Notes under the pieces: model-generated
Databases searched by the model: none
The model's input: only the letters and a program-made list of their open reading frames with translations
Told to the model about the DNA's origin: nothing
Source of the DNA: Bugula neritina
Lineage: Eukaryota; Animalia; Bryozoa
Direction: 5' to 3'
Assembly: GCA_964035545.1 (NCBI GenBank)
Contig: CAXIUT010000093.1
Span: 1-19,389, forward strand
Length of the DNA: 19,389 nucleotides
Shown: positions 1 through 10,933 of the stretch, in pieces
How the letters are laid out: each line of letters begins with the position of its first letter
Position numbering within the stretch: position 1 is the first letter of the stretch
Translations under genes and position numbers: made by a program

Positions 1-87
1 CCCAACCCCAACCCCAACCCCAACCCCAACCCCAACCCCAACCCCAACCCCAACCCCAACCCCAACCCCAACCCCAACCCCAACCCC
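1..87. repeat. Left telomere, (CCCCAA)n
   Basis: Perfect C4A2 tandem repeat from base 1 with the C-rich strand 5'. This is the orientation expected for a left chromosome end and the same repeat unit as Tetrahymena. Confidence 0.98.
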
Positions 88-136
88 GTAAATTGATTAT
101 TAAATATGAAATGATTTGTTTAATAAAATTATTATC

Positions 137-980
137 ATGTCCCTTTCATTGACTCCCACAGATATCATCAGAAAACACCCAACTAACGCCTCTACAGCCA
201 AATAAGTACACTCCTTTTCTAAATCTCCAAGATTCTAACAACCCAATCCAGAGTATCATTTACACTATTAAGATGTCCTAATGCATTCTATACTTTTGAT
301 AGTCAACTTTCACAAAGAAAAACAGCCTTCGGATATGGAAATAAATCAGATTTCACTAAAACTTTAACTGCCAGTCCTCCTGTAACCAAATATAGCATTA
401 AATCATTCGTATAACTTACTTAGAAACAAGGAAATAGCTTTGGAACTGCCAGATAAAAAAGACCCGATCAATCCTACCTCATCCCGCAACTACAAAAAAT
501 ACCTGGACCAGGAACAGTACATCATCACCTATATAGTATAGCAACGATAAACATAAAAAACATAACTACAGCTACACCACCAGACCTAAACCTTTAGATT
601 TTGCGAGTAATCAATTAACATATAAAAAAAATCCAGGACCAGGTGCATATACTGATCTTGATTTCCATCCAAAAAGAGGAAGATTTGCTGTTTCTAAATT
701 CAACGATTCACTTTTGTCGACCATCCATCCAAGATCTTAAAGATTTTCAAGTATTAAACAAAGTCCAGGACCTTCTAGCTATTGTGAAGGAGATTCTCTC
801 AATGGAGAAGGAAAGTATGTCCTTTCAGGTAGAAAAAGCAATGGAAGAAGAATGTTTTCAAAGACAGCAAGAAATGGATTTTGGAAAGAGACTACTACTC
901 CTGGACCTGGAGCCTATGTCTAAACTTCATAATTTGGACATTACGGAGATAGTACTTTTTATAAGACTCTTAAAAAATGA
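137..980 (+). CDS. Sperm-tail PG-rich repeat (STPG/ODF3/SHIPPO-like) protein, ~267 aa; introns 253-272, 517-536
   Basis: With TAR=Glu and two 20-nt introns removed the frame runs from ATG137 to TGA978-980. It contains repeated PGPG-x-Y motifs (IPGPGTY, NPGPGAY, SPGPSSY, TPGPGAY), FGYGNKSDFTK and a terminal SEFGHY. Confidence 0.85.
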
Positions 981-1011
981 TTAAAAGTAAATTTTATTAA
1001 ATTATCAATCA

Positions 1012-2349
1012 TCACTGAGTATAACTCCCACCAACATAACCATGCATAGGCTAAAACTTTTTATAATCAGTTGAAGATATGTTAGCAGGAGGCAAATAGT
1101 GCGTATTGCCTATAGTTCTATCTGTATTTGATAAAGCTGAAGGATGATATCCTATAGAATTATTAGTTTGACCAAGAGCTTGAATATTAGTTTGGTTTAG
1201 ACTTGGGTACATGTTGGAGTTGACTACTTGAGGTGAATAGTGTGAATTTGAGCTATGACTAAATTTTACTTGAGGTTGAGAGGTTCTGATTTAAGATTGA
1301 ATTGGTTGTTATAGAAGAACTGGAAATTAACTTGGTCTAGGAGTTACTTTATATCCTTCATTATTAAGACTATTTTGTGAAAATTTTTGATTGATATTTT
1401 TTTCAGTTGCTATTTTATTTTAATAACTTTCTTGTGAAAGATGTTCTCCTATACTTATCTGTTTAGTAAATTTAATATCACTCAGCTACGACTTAATTGT
1501 TGGATATTGTAGCTAGTTACTTATTTTCTAAGCAACAGGGTCTTCGATTCTTGGATATAACTATTTATGACCATAATGATGAATTTGTTTTTAACTAGCT
1601 ACAACTCTACTTCTTTTTATTATATCAGGAACATAATCTCGATAATCATTTTGGATAAAACCATCTAAATATCTCTTGAATTATCTAAAATTGCTTTGTT
1701 TAAAGGCTAATTCACTGAAATTTGGAGGATATTTACCATATTATGTTTTTTATTATACTATATTAAGCAAATTTTTTATCATTTAGTTTTAATTTCTTAA
1801 CTAAGGTGGCATATCACTCGCCATTCTTTTAATAAATGGAATTTCATGTCCTGGATGGTTGTAAGCCCAATTCTAATTCAACCAAACTTTGATTTTATGG
1901 CCAGGAGTAATACCTATCATTTAACTATTGATATGAAAAGGACCAAATTGTTAAAATATACTCTGAAATGAACCAGATGTTTCTCTTAGTATTCGTAAAC
2001 TTTAAGCAAAAGTCAATTGAGGAAGATCACTCAGTCTATACTAGATCCTTTAATTAAAAACATTAAAAGAAGTACTTTAAGCACATTTACAGATGTTAGA
2101 TTTATTTTTATCATCTTATATCTGATCTACCTGGTACACCTACACCCATCCTCTCACATTGTTTTATCTCAAAGAATATATCTATCTTTATCTATCAATA
2201 TTCGAACGATGATCCAAAGTAATCCTTCTCCTCTCAGCTATCTTTCCATCAGAATGTCTATAAAGATCAATACCATTGTAATTACTCATCCACTACCAAT
2301 TCGATTTCGACATTTCAGAAGTATTTGATTTGGTTTAAGATGTTCCCAT
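1012..2349 (-). CDS. Uncharacterised protein, ~445 aa; possible degenerate kinase-like N-terminal half and low-complexity S/N/Q/P tail
   Basis: TGA-free frame from ATG2349 (MGTSETKS, myristoylation-like) to TGA1014-1012 with no intron needed. The segment FGPFHINSEMIGITPGHKIKVWLNENW loosely resembles a kinase catalytic-loop/beta7-beta8 region. The ORF is solid but the fold call is weak. Confidence 0.7.
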
Positions 2350-2473
2350 TAGATATCGAGTTTATTAAATAAAAATTATTTATTTAGCACTAAAATAATA
2401 AAGACAATAATATTTAAGTTTAGTTATTTGATAATTTTTTGATTTAAGTTCGTGTTATTATTAATATCAAAAC

Positions 2474-3546
2474 ATGTAGTCATCTAAAAAATAAGGTATT
2501 ATTTTAGAAATAGGCAATTAGAATATCCGAGTGGGTCTTATTGGAGATAAATTGCCTAGAAAAACTATCCCTTCATTAAAATATTTTAAGTCTAATCTGG
2601 ACTACGATTCTCCTTAATTCTAAAATCTCATTGAATAACTTCTGTATAATATATTTTTCTCTTATATTAATACACAAAGTCAAGGAAAGACTGTCACAAT
2701 TCTTTAAAAAGTATATACTAATAGGTCAATTATCTAAGCATTTTGCAAAATAATGTTCAAAAAACTAAAAATATAAAAAATTGAATTATCACTCAGTTGT
2801 GTCGCTCCTCTCTATCTGACAGGCAGATATTCAGGTCTAGTCATTTCAGCAGGAGCCAGCATGATATAGATAATGCCAATTTACGAAGGCTACCCTCTTT
2901 TTTCTAATTATTAATGTTTGAACATAGGAACTAACTAACTAAATAAAGGAATAAGAGATTAAATAGCACTACTGAATCAATAAGTATCGATGGATCTTCT
3001 GAAAAGTATAACAAATGAAGAGATAAACTAACACATAAAAAGAAATTTTTCAAATATAAACGGATCAAGTAATCCAGTATTGATAGCAATAAAGAGTAAA
3101 TTAAAAATAAAATGGATCCCTAATAAAATAAATTATTCTATATTCTATGGAAATCATTAAGCGTAGTAACATAATTTGGCTTATTCTTTCCTTAAAGTCA
3201 TTAACTCTATTCCCCAACAATGTCTTTAACAAATTTGTCAAAATATTGTTTTGGCTGGAGGTTTTTGGAGAATAAAAGGAATGCAAAATCACTTCAAATC
3301 AAAAGTTGTTGAATTGTTTTAGTAATTTCCTAAATTAAGTAATCAATCAATTCAATCAAAATTAGGTAAATTATCATTTATTCAGGTTTTGTTTCATGGG
3401 GATTTAATCCGAGTTAAGTTGCATGGATTGGTTGTTCGATAGGAGCTTCAATTAGAAACATAGAGAATCTGTGCCTAAAACGAACTTAGTTCCAGGAAAA
3501 CGGATTTACGTAAAAAATAATGGAAACTTATTTTTTATCTGGTTGA
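2474..3546 (+). CDS. Divergent actin-related protein, most like Arp10/ACTR10 (dynactin), ~350 aa; intron 3366-3385
   Basis: Actin-fold motifs IILEIGNENIRVGLIGDKLPRKTIPS, LYLTGRYSGLVISAG, IMPIYEGYP, NIVLAGG and AWIGCSIGASI. The IFYGNHEAEEHNLAYSFL segment and short length suggest the Arp10 subfamily (inference). Confidence 0.8.
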
Positions 3547-3562
3547 TTATAAATATTTGATT

Positions 3563-6241
3563 ATGGGAGGTCAATTAATTAAAGGGTATTCAATTGAAGG
3601 CGATTGTCTTTGTCAAGCCGGTATCATACGATCCTGGAAACTTTTCAAAGGACACAACTCATCCACTCAAGCACTTGCTTCCATCTTCCTTATCGAGAAA
3701 AAACAACTAAAAAAACAAGATAAAGAAGATATCATAAAATTATCGAAAAAATAATCAACTAACTTACTAAGAGTTCGTCATCCCGGAGTACTTGCTATTA
3801 TCTAACAACCAATAGAAGACGAAAATGTTTTAGCTTTTGTAAGTGAGAAAATTTAGGGAAATATATCATATCTTATAAAACAAAACAAACTACAAGAATT
3901 TATAACTTCAGAATTATAACTTAAACTCTTCTTATATCCCTTTGTAGAAGCACTTATATTCATTCAAGATACTCTTAAACAGTCACATCTTGCCATTTCA
4001 TTCGATAGCATCTATCTTAATGCAGAAGGAAAGTGGAAACTTGGAGGATTTGGACACAATCAAACTATAACCAGTTAGTAGTGTACTAAAATCTAATAAA
4101 AGTTTTATGATCTATCTTTTTCAGCTCCATAGATAGCCAACTAACACTCATTTTGCAAAAAAAGTGATATATTTTCTTTAGGAATGGTAATCTTGCATTT
4201 AGTTGAAGTCATCCATAAAAAGTATAAACAAAAATAAGTCATATCAACAAATGTATAATACTAAAAGCAAATGAAAGATATTAGAAATATCGATAATCAC
4301 CCAATAATATCTAAATCAGATAAACCTCAACAGTTAAAATAATTATTAAAAGGATTACTAAGTTGGAATCATCACCAAAGATGGAATATTACTCAGATAT
4401 TATACAGCTAATGGATGAATGATAGCACTCTTATAACAGTGAAGTACCTTGATAAAATAAGTAACTATGAAAGCAAACAACAACTAGACTTCCTAAAAGG
4501 ATTAGCAGGAGTATTAGATGATTTCCCTCTTAGAGTTGTACTTAGGATAGTAATACCAAAACTATTAGATCTACTCAAATTTAATCAATTGATAGCTAGT
4601 ATTGTTTATATCATCATTGATCTCCTTAAAAAAAGTAAAATAGATTAACAACCTTTCAAAAAGATAGTCTGGCCAAATCTTAAAGCAGTTACACAAGGAA
4701 AATAAATGACAGCCCAAGCAATCTATCTTTTTGTAGTTAATATCGACATTTTATAAAAGTTTGTTGGAATTTCATAAATGACATCTCATATTTTGCCTCT
4801 ATATCTTCGATGTTACGATTGTCCACCTAAACTCAAACAACTAGCTCTTTCTATGATTGAAAAAATATCGAAAAAAGTTGACAGTCCATATTTAAAATCA
4901 AAAATATTACCTAAGTTACTTGGTCTTTTGAAAGATCCTCAAATATAAATCAGAAAAGATGCTTTGAAAGCTCTTTATAGCATCCTAAATCTCATTGATA
5001 CCCAAACAATTAGTTCTACTATCCTTCCTGGATTATAAATAGCACGGAAAGCTGGCTCAGATCCTTTTATTAACTCTATAATAGTTCATATTTATAAAAT
5101 ACTCGGATAAACTTTACCCATTTAGATGTTAAGTACAAAAATAATTCCTACTCTCACACCCTATCTCACTGAACCTTCAATCACCAAGTCATAGTTTCAA
5201 CAATTCAAAGGATTAATTTTACAAATGATTAATAAAATTGAAAAAGATTCAATGAAAACTCTTTAAAATTCACTAACAAGCAATGTATAAACCTTTAAAG
5301 AAAGTGATTTTAAATTTAAATAAGTATAAAATAAACCAAATTAATAAAAAAAAGGAAATTATGGTTTTCTATCAAATTATGTTGAAAAAAAAGCATAAAC
5401 TACTGAACCAGCTATGACTCCTACCTTGTAAAACAAAAATAATAATGCCAGTCAATCTTTGTAATTTAGCTCAATGATACCTACGAAGCAATAAGCTCAA
5501 GTAGATATCAATGCTTTTTCAAATAATAATTATCTTCAATCAAATATGCCTTCGATGTAAATCCCTTCAATGTCTAGTTCGATTAATAAACCTCTTGAGT
5601 TTCCTTAAAAATCAAATCCTGATCCTTATCTTACTGATTTCTCAGCTTTAGCAGTTTCCATATAACCTAAAAAGTAGCAATAAAAACCCAAAATAGTTGA
5701 GAGCTCTCCTATGACAGATTTCGACTTCCTTAATAATCCTTCAAAGCCTCCATCAATTGAAATCAAAAAACCTACTATTATTTCTCCTCCTTCTCCTCCA
5801 AAAGGTGAAAAAAAGAATTTCATTGGCGGAGCTTCAGGTCCTATGTAGGTGAAAAAACTAAAAGGCCCTCAAAGTAAAATTGAACCTCCCAAGATGAATA
5901 TATAAATTAAAGAAGTACCAAAAATGAATCAACCAATGAAAAGTGGCTGGAATTTGTCATAATAAAAGAAAAATGACATATTCTCAATGGATATAAATAA
6001 CTTTGGCATTTAACCACCAGCTAAGAGCAATACAACAGGAATGGATATGTTCAGTATAGCATCTAGTTCAAATACAACAGCTAATCCTTTCGCTTAACTC
6101 TAAACTAAAGATTCTCTAACTATGAAACCAGTTAAAATCGATACAAAAAATAAACCATAGCCTGGTCAATCAGACATTTACAGTTATTTTGAAGAATAAG
6201 AAGGAAAAACTACAACTAAAAGCAGCTTTGATTTAATCTGA
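3563..6241 (+). CDS. SCY1-like (SCYL2/CVAK104-type) pseudokinase with HEAT repeats and low-complexity tail, ~892 aa, no intron needed
   Basis: Continuous TGA-free frame. Motifs WKLFKG, KKESTNLLRVRHPGVL, LAFVSE, GKWKLGGF, FSAPE, SDIFSLG and FLKGL..VLDDFP, followed by HEAT-like ILP/IIP repeats and a P/S/N-rich tail containing NPF. Confidence 0.88.
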
Positions 6242-6267
6242 TCTATGTTATCATATTTATAATAATA

Positions 6268-7022
6268 ATGTCCAATATTAAATACTTGGGATTTGCTAAG
6301 TCATCATCTTCCACACCTATCCTTGGAAAAATACAAATTATTTAATCAGTTGATTAAGTTAAAACAGAAGTTACTAAAGTAAAGATCATAATACAAAGGT
6401 TCTGTTTAGATTAAAAGAATTTTAACTGAGATCAGATGAACGTCAAAAAATGAAATCATAATTTGGTTGCTGGTATTGCAAAAAAGACAACAGAGGTCTA
6501 CTATACTTTGCTCTTTGTAGTCCTAACTATCCTTAAAGACATATATATGCAGCTATTAACCAAATAAGAGATCATTTATCTAAATTAGGTTAATACGAGA
6601 CAGAACCTGACGTATCTATAACTCTATAAAGTCAACTTTAAAATTGCATAGCAGATAATTTATCGATCAACTTTGCCAAGACTTTTAAAGTTTGAAAGGA
6701 ATGGATAAAATCAACATAACTGGAGGACTGATTGATGATGTACTATTATAACGATAAAGGTTAAAGACGATATGAGAAGAAATACTTCAAAAATGGTTGA
6801 AAACATGTTTCAAGTTGAAAAATTAGAATAGAAAAGCTAAAGAATCAATCGTAGTTATAAAAATATTAAGAAAAAGCACTATTATTCGAATCAACTGCTG
6901 AAGATGTAGAACAACATATGGTAGGCCGAGGAAGAAAAATCAAAGTCATCATCGGGGTATCAGCAATATCACTTATTCTCTTAATCTTTATTCCTATTAT
7001 CACCAACACTGTTGTCGATTGA
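6268..7022 (+). CDS. Longin-domain R-SNARE (VAMP7/synaptobrevin-like), ~224 aa; introns 6379-6398, 6612-6631, 6740-6759, 6851-6870
   Basis: Longin-like LYFALCSPNYPERHIY, SNARE helix VKDDMRRNTSKMVENMFQVEKLEEKSE, and a C-terminal transmembrane segment VIIGVSAISLILLIFIPII just before TGA7020-7022. Confidence 0.87.
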
Positions 7023-7100
7023 ACTTCAAAAGATGATCAGAATTTCTTTATTTACTCTTAGTTTCAAATATTATATGATCATAAAAATTATAACTTACCA

Positions 7101-7395
7101 ATGGCAAGTAAATATCTCCAAAAATTCCCTGTCCCTCATGGCTTTCAATAAGTCCTTGCAGACTTAACTCGATAAATATTGAGGGAACAACCTGCGAACA
7201 TCGTCGAATTTTCAGCCATTTACTTTTAAAATTTGTAAAAAGGAAAGAAGAGTGAAACAGGTTCACGAAAAGCATAAGGAGTAAGCGCTAGGTATCTTAT
7301 ATTTAATGTAGAAACGCTGAATAAATGACTAAAAAGGCATCCAATATTGCAGATCAAATAGATGAGGTATGAGTAGTAATACATAGGCTTCTTGA
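7101..7395 (+). CDS. Small RIIa dimerisation/docking-domain protein (Sp17/CABYR-like), ~84 aa; introns 7292-7311, 7367-7386
   Basis: VPHGFQEVLADLTREILREQPANIVEFSAIYFENL matches the RIIa D/D consensus. If the second intron is retained the stop is TGA7370-7372 instead. Confidence 0.82.
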
Positions 7396-7520
7396 ACACA
7401 ATGATTAAATAACTCTTATTTAGACGATTTTATGATCTTATTCATCAAGTTAAATACTTTTAAATCAATATTATGAAAAATTTAATTATTAGAAATTTTA
7501 TGTTTATAAATCACAATTAC

Positions 7521-9102
7521 TCAATGATTTTTGAATTTAGTTCGACTTCCTTTTACAGATTTACCAATATTTTATTATCTTTATCTTTCATAAGTCTATT
7601 ATTTGTTAACTATATCTTCGAATTACTCATCAGTCATTATTTTAAAATCTTATGCCATTTACGAAACCTGTTTTTCAGGTTAGTTATTTTCTTCTCTCCA
7701 TCCGAATATTTTTCCAAGATCTATTTTACTATTAGCAGTAAAAGGCTTAAATTACCCAGATTATTAATTTTCCTTCAAAACTGAATTAATTTTAGCAAGT
7801 TATCTCTCAATATAAGCTGTTTCAAATTGAATACTATATTATCCAGTTAAATCTTCTTCTAGATAAATATACTATGTTTCTTCTGATTACACCTTATTCT
7901 AGTCCTTCATATAAACCTAGTTATCTCCCAAAGGTTATAAATTTTGAACTTTTCTTTACTTTGATTTTTTTTTTTTATCTCTTGGATTTTTAATATTATT
8001 TTAGGCTTCTTATAAAAAGTCAATCCATTATTCTCTAGACTGAGGAACATCAAGATAGTCTTGATACATTTTTCCTTAGGTATATTGATTTATAGCTTTT
8101 TTTAGTCCTATTTCATCATCGTTTTCATAAGCTTGATCCATTTTTTTAACTTGCTTTGTTATTGAAGAAATATTAATAAAAGGATCATCTTGAAACATCT
8201 TCTAAATATCAGAATATGAACGACCTTATGATTTAATTCTCAAATAATCATTCTTTATTTTATTACGAAGCATTGCTACAGGCTACCAATTATACTTTCC
8301 TTGATATTTTTGAACCAATTCTCGTTTGTTTTTTGGAGAACCTTTATATCGATTTAAAAATTAACGTAAAGCCTCAAGATTATGATTAATACCGAAACCT
8401 TTAAAAATAAGAAAAGAAACAGGCGACCTTTATCGAATCACTGAGGGTTTAAACTCAAAAGCCTGATGAAAAAGCATAGTCCCTGCTTCCTACATATTTT
8501 ATATTGTACTTGTAAAATGCGAGTTGACTAGCCTTTCAAGACTTTGCAAACAAAATTACCTCCTTTCTTGAGAAATAGATTACTAAAATATAAAACTTAA
8601 CTCAATACTCTCGTAATACTTTATCCATCTTTTTCTAATTATTCTGTAAACTCAGGCGAAACATCAGATAAGATGGTATCAAATTGACTACTTCCCAATG
8701 CGATTGCAATTTTAGTTCTAACAGGTTCTTCTAAAAAATTGCCTTAAATAAAATATGAATTAGGTCTTGAGATTCCTGGACCTCTAAGATCATTAGCAAT
8801 AATTCTATGAGAATATTCTTAATTTTGTGCGAGAGTAAGAGCGAGATCAGTCCATCTAAATCGAGGTCCAGCTCCTAAATCAAGTATCTGATCTCCTGGT
8901 GAAATGACTTGATAATGATGTTGAATTTCATATAATGCAGCAGTATTAGGATGTTTGAACTATCTGTTACCCTTACTAAGAAAAAAGGTACATAACGTTG
9001 AGCAACAAGTTCTACCAGTTAGTTATATGACCTTGATAGAATTTATTCCTGATTGATTTTAGAGAATTGAGTGTTGATGGTTTTAATAATTCGAGGCAAC
9101 AT
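7521..9102 (-). CDS. FtsJ/RlmE/MRM2-like rRNA 2'-O-methyltransferase homologue with long charged C-terminal extension, ~513 aa; introns 8972-8991, 8490-8509
   Basis: LYEIQ..ISPGDQILDLGAGP, IIANDL, FIEGNF, DTILSDVSP, LKKGGNFVCKVLKGE and KPSVIRERS..FLIFKGF. The N-terminus MLPRIIKTINTQFSK resembles a mitochondrial presequence. Confidence 0.85.
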
Positions 9103-9135
9103 TAACTCAATTAATTATAACGTTAACTAATTTAA

Positions 9136-9789
9136 ATGTCTTCATACTCTCCCATCAGACCCTCTAAAATACAATTTGATCCCACACCACTCAAAAAACA
9201 AACTGTTGACTACGATATCAACTCATGGCTACAGACCAATATCAAAAACAGAAAAGCATATAAAAGTATCAAAACAAAACCATTGCCTCAATTACTAAAT
9301 AGTCTCTAGAATCTTAAGATATAAAAATATAACCTTTTCACCTCAAGTTCTTTCAAACCAAAAAATCAAAATATCGCAGTAACTAAAATAAAAAAAGTTA
9401 CCAACTTTATCTCTTATAACTCTATGAACCACAAATCTCAAACAACTGCAGCATCTCCCAGTATTTCAGCTCCTAAAATACCAAATAATCCTAAAAAACA
9501 CTCTACTCCCAATACAGCTGCATCTCCAAGTTTGACTTTAAGTCCCCAGAAATATAATCTTCAAAACAATGAAAAGTAAAGAGAAATAGTTGAGACAAGT
9601 GAATTTAGAGTGTAAAAGAGGAGTTCTTTATTGGCTAAAACAAAGAAAGAACTAAATAGAAGATCAAAGCACAAGATACTAAATGAAGGAGAACAGATAT
9701 GTGATATCTTGGAAAACAAGGTAACAGCCAATCAATACAAAGGAATGAAATATTTTAAAATAAAAAGAAATAGTATAAAAATACAATGA
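9136..9789 (+). CDS. Hypothetical basic, low-complexity protein, ~217 aa
   Basis: TGA-free frame from ATG9136 to TGA9787-9789 that fills the gap between neighbouring genes. TAASPS occurs twice. No family recognised. Confidence 0.6.
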
Positions 9790-9820
9790 TAAATAATTAA
9801 CTGTTCTCATAAATAATATT

Positions 9821-10888
9821 ATGAATATACTAAACAAAAACAAAAACAGAACCAACATCAACACTCCTACCAAGTCACAACATAAATATCAACATGATTA
9901 AAGACCATCCAGAAGTAAACACAGTTAATCTCCTCATCTCAGACATGCACATTTACATGGATAACCTCTAAAAATATTTGAAGTACCACTTCTTCAACAA
10001 CTTTCAGATCAGTTCCAAAAATAAATATAAAATCCGATTGATGCTCAGACTTCAGTTTTTCATTCGAAAGGTCCTCAAAGATGTCTTCAGCATAACAATG
10101 TAACTACATTGTATTGTGTTCAAGATCAAAAACCTTTATGCGTTACCTGTATGTACCAAAACACAAAGCATAAAAAGCATAAAGTCATTCCAATCAACAG
10201 AGCTTCATAATAACTTCAAAATTAAATCTCTGGCTCCTTAGTTAAAATATCGAAATAGATAGAATCCGTAAGTTCAACACTCAATCAAAGTCACTCTCAT
10301 CTTGTAAAAGCATAAAGATAATTTCCATAACTAATCATAAGAGTAGAAGGGTTCTATCACAGTCTGAAAGATCTGTTAGAATAAAAATAGAAAGAACAAA
10401 TTGAACATATCAGACAGAATTGGGCAAGAGTAAGATACTAGTATTCATCTCTTGCAAAACAACTTGATAAAATAAACCATTATTTTATGGAAAAAGTAGC
10501 AGGCATCAATTCCAGGCTTGGATAAGAAAATCTTTTATTTAATAGAAATATTGCAAATCATCTTTCTAAACTACCAGAGATACTTCCTCAAAATTTGTGT
10601 CAGTATCATCAAACATCCTATGATAAATAACTTAAAAGGTTCTAACAAGTTAAAGATATTATTAACAATAAACTTGTATTCACCTCTCCTTTCCAATAAA
10701 CTATTTCAAAAACTTAAAGCAGAAGAAAAATGACGACTTCTCCTTCTCCTTTGAAATCAAAGAATGATAACAGTTACATATCCAGAAAAGGAGGAGAACC
10801 TATGACTTGGAAAACAAAGGATAGATAAAGTTTTAAAAGATAATCTATTTCTGCGAACAAAAATAGATCTAAATCAAGACTTAAATGA
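9821..10888 (+). CDS. B-box zinc-finger plus coiled-coil protein, ~355 aa
   Basis: CLQHNNVTTLYCVQDQKPLCVTCMYQNTKHKKHKVIPI (about 10082-10195) fits the B-box type 2 pattern and is followed by a heptad-rich helical region. Stop is TGA10886-10888. Confidence 0.85.
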
Positions 10889-10933
10889 TATTCTTTAGTT
10901 TATTCGATATAAATAAAAAATAGAAAAGATTAA

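Noticed and set aside
3069-3086. Possible 18-nt GT-AG intron in the Arp gene (similarly a 15-nt candidate at 409-423)
   Set aside because: Both are in-frame and read through sensibly, so they are not required. They cannot be excluded without RNA data.
9721-9742. Possible 22-nt intron joining the hypothetical gene to the B-box gene
   Set aside because: Removing it gives an immediate TGA, so two separate genes is the simpler model.
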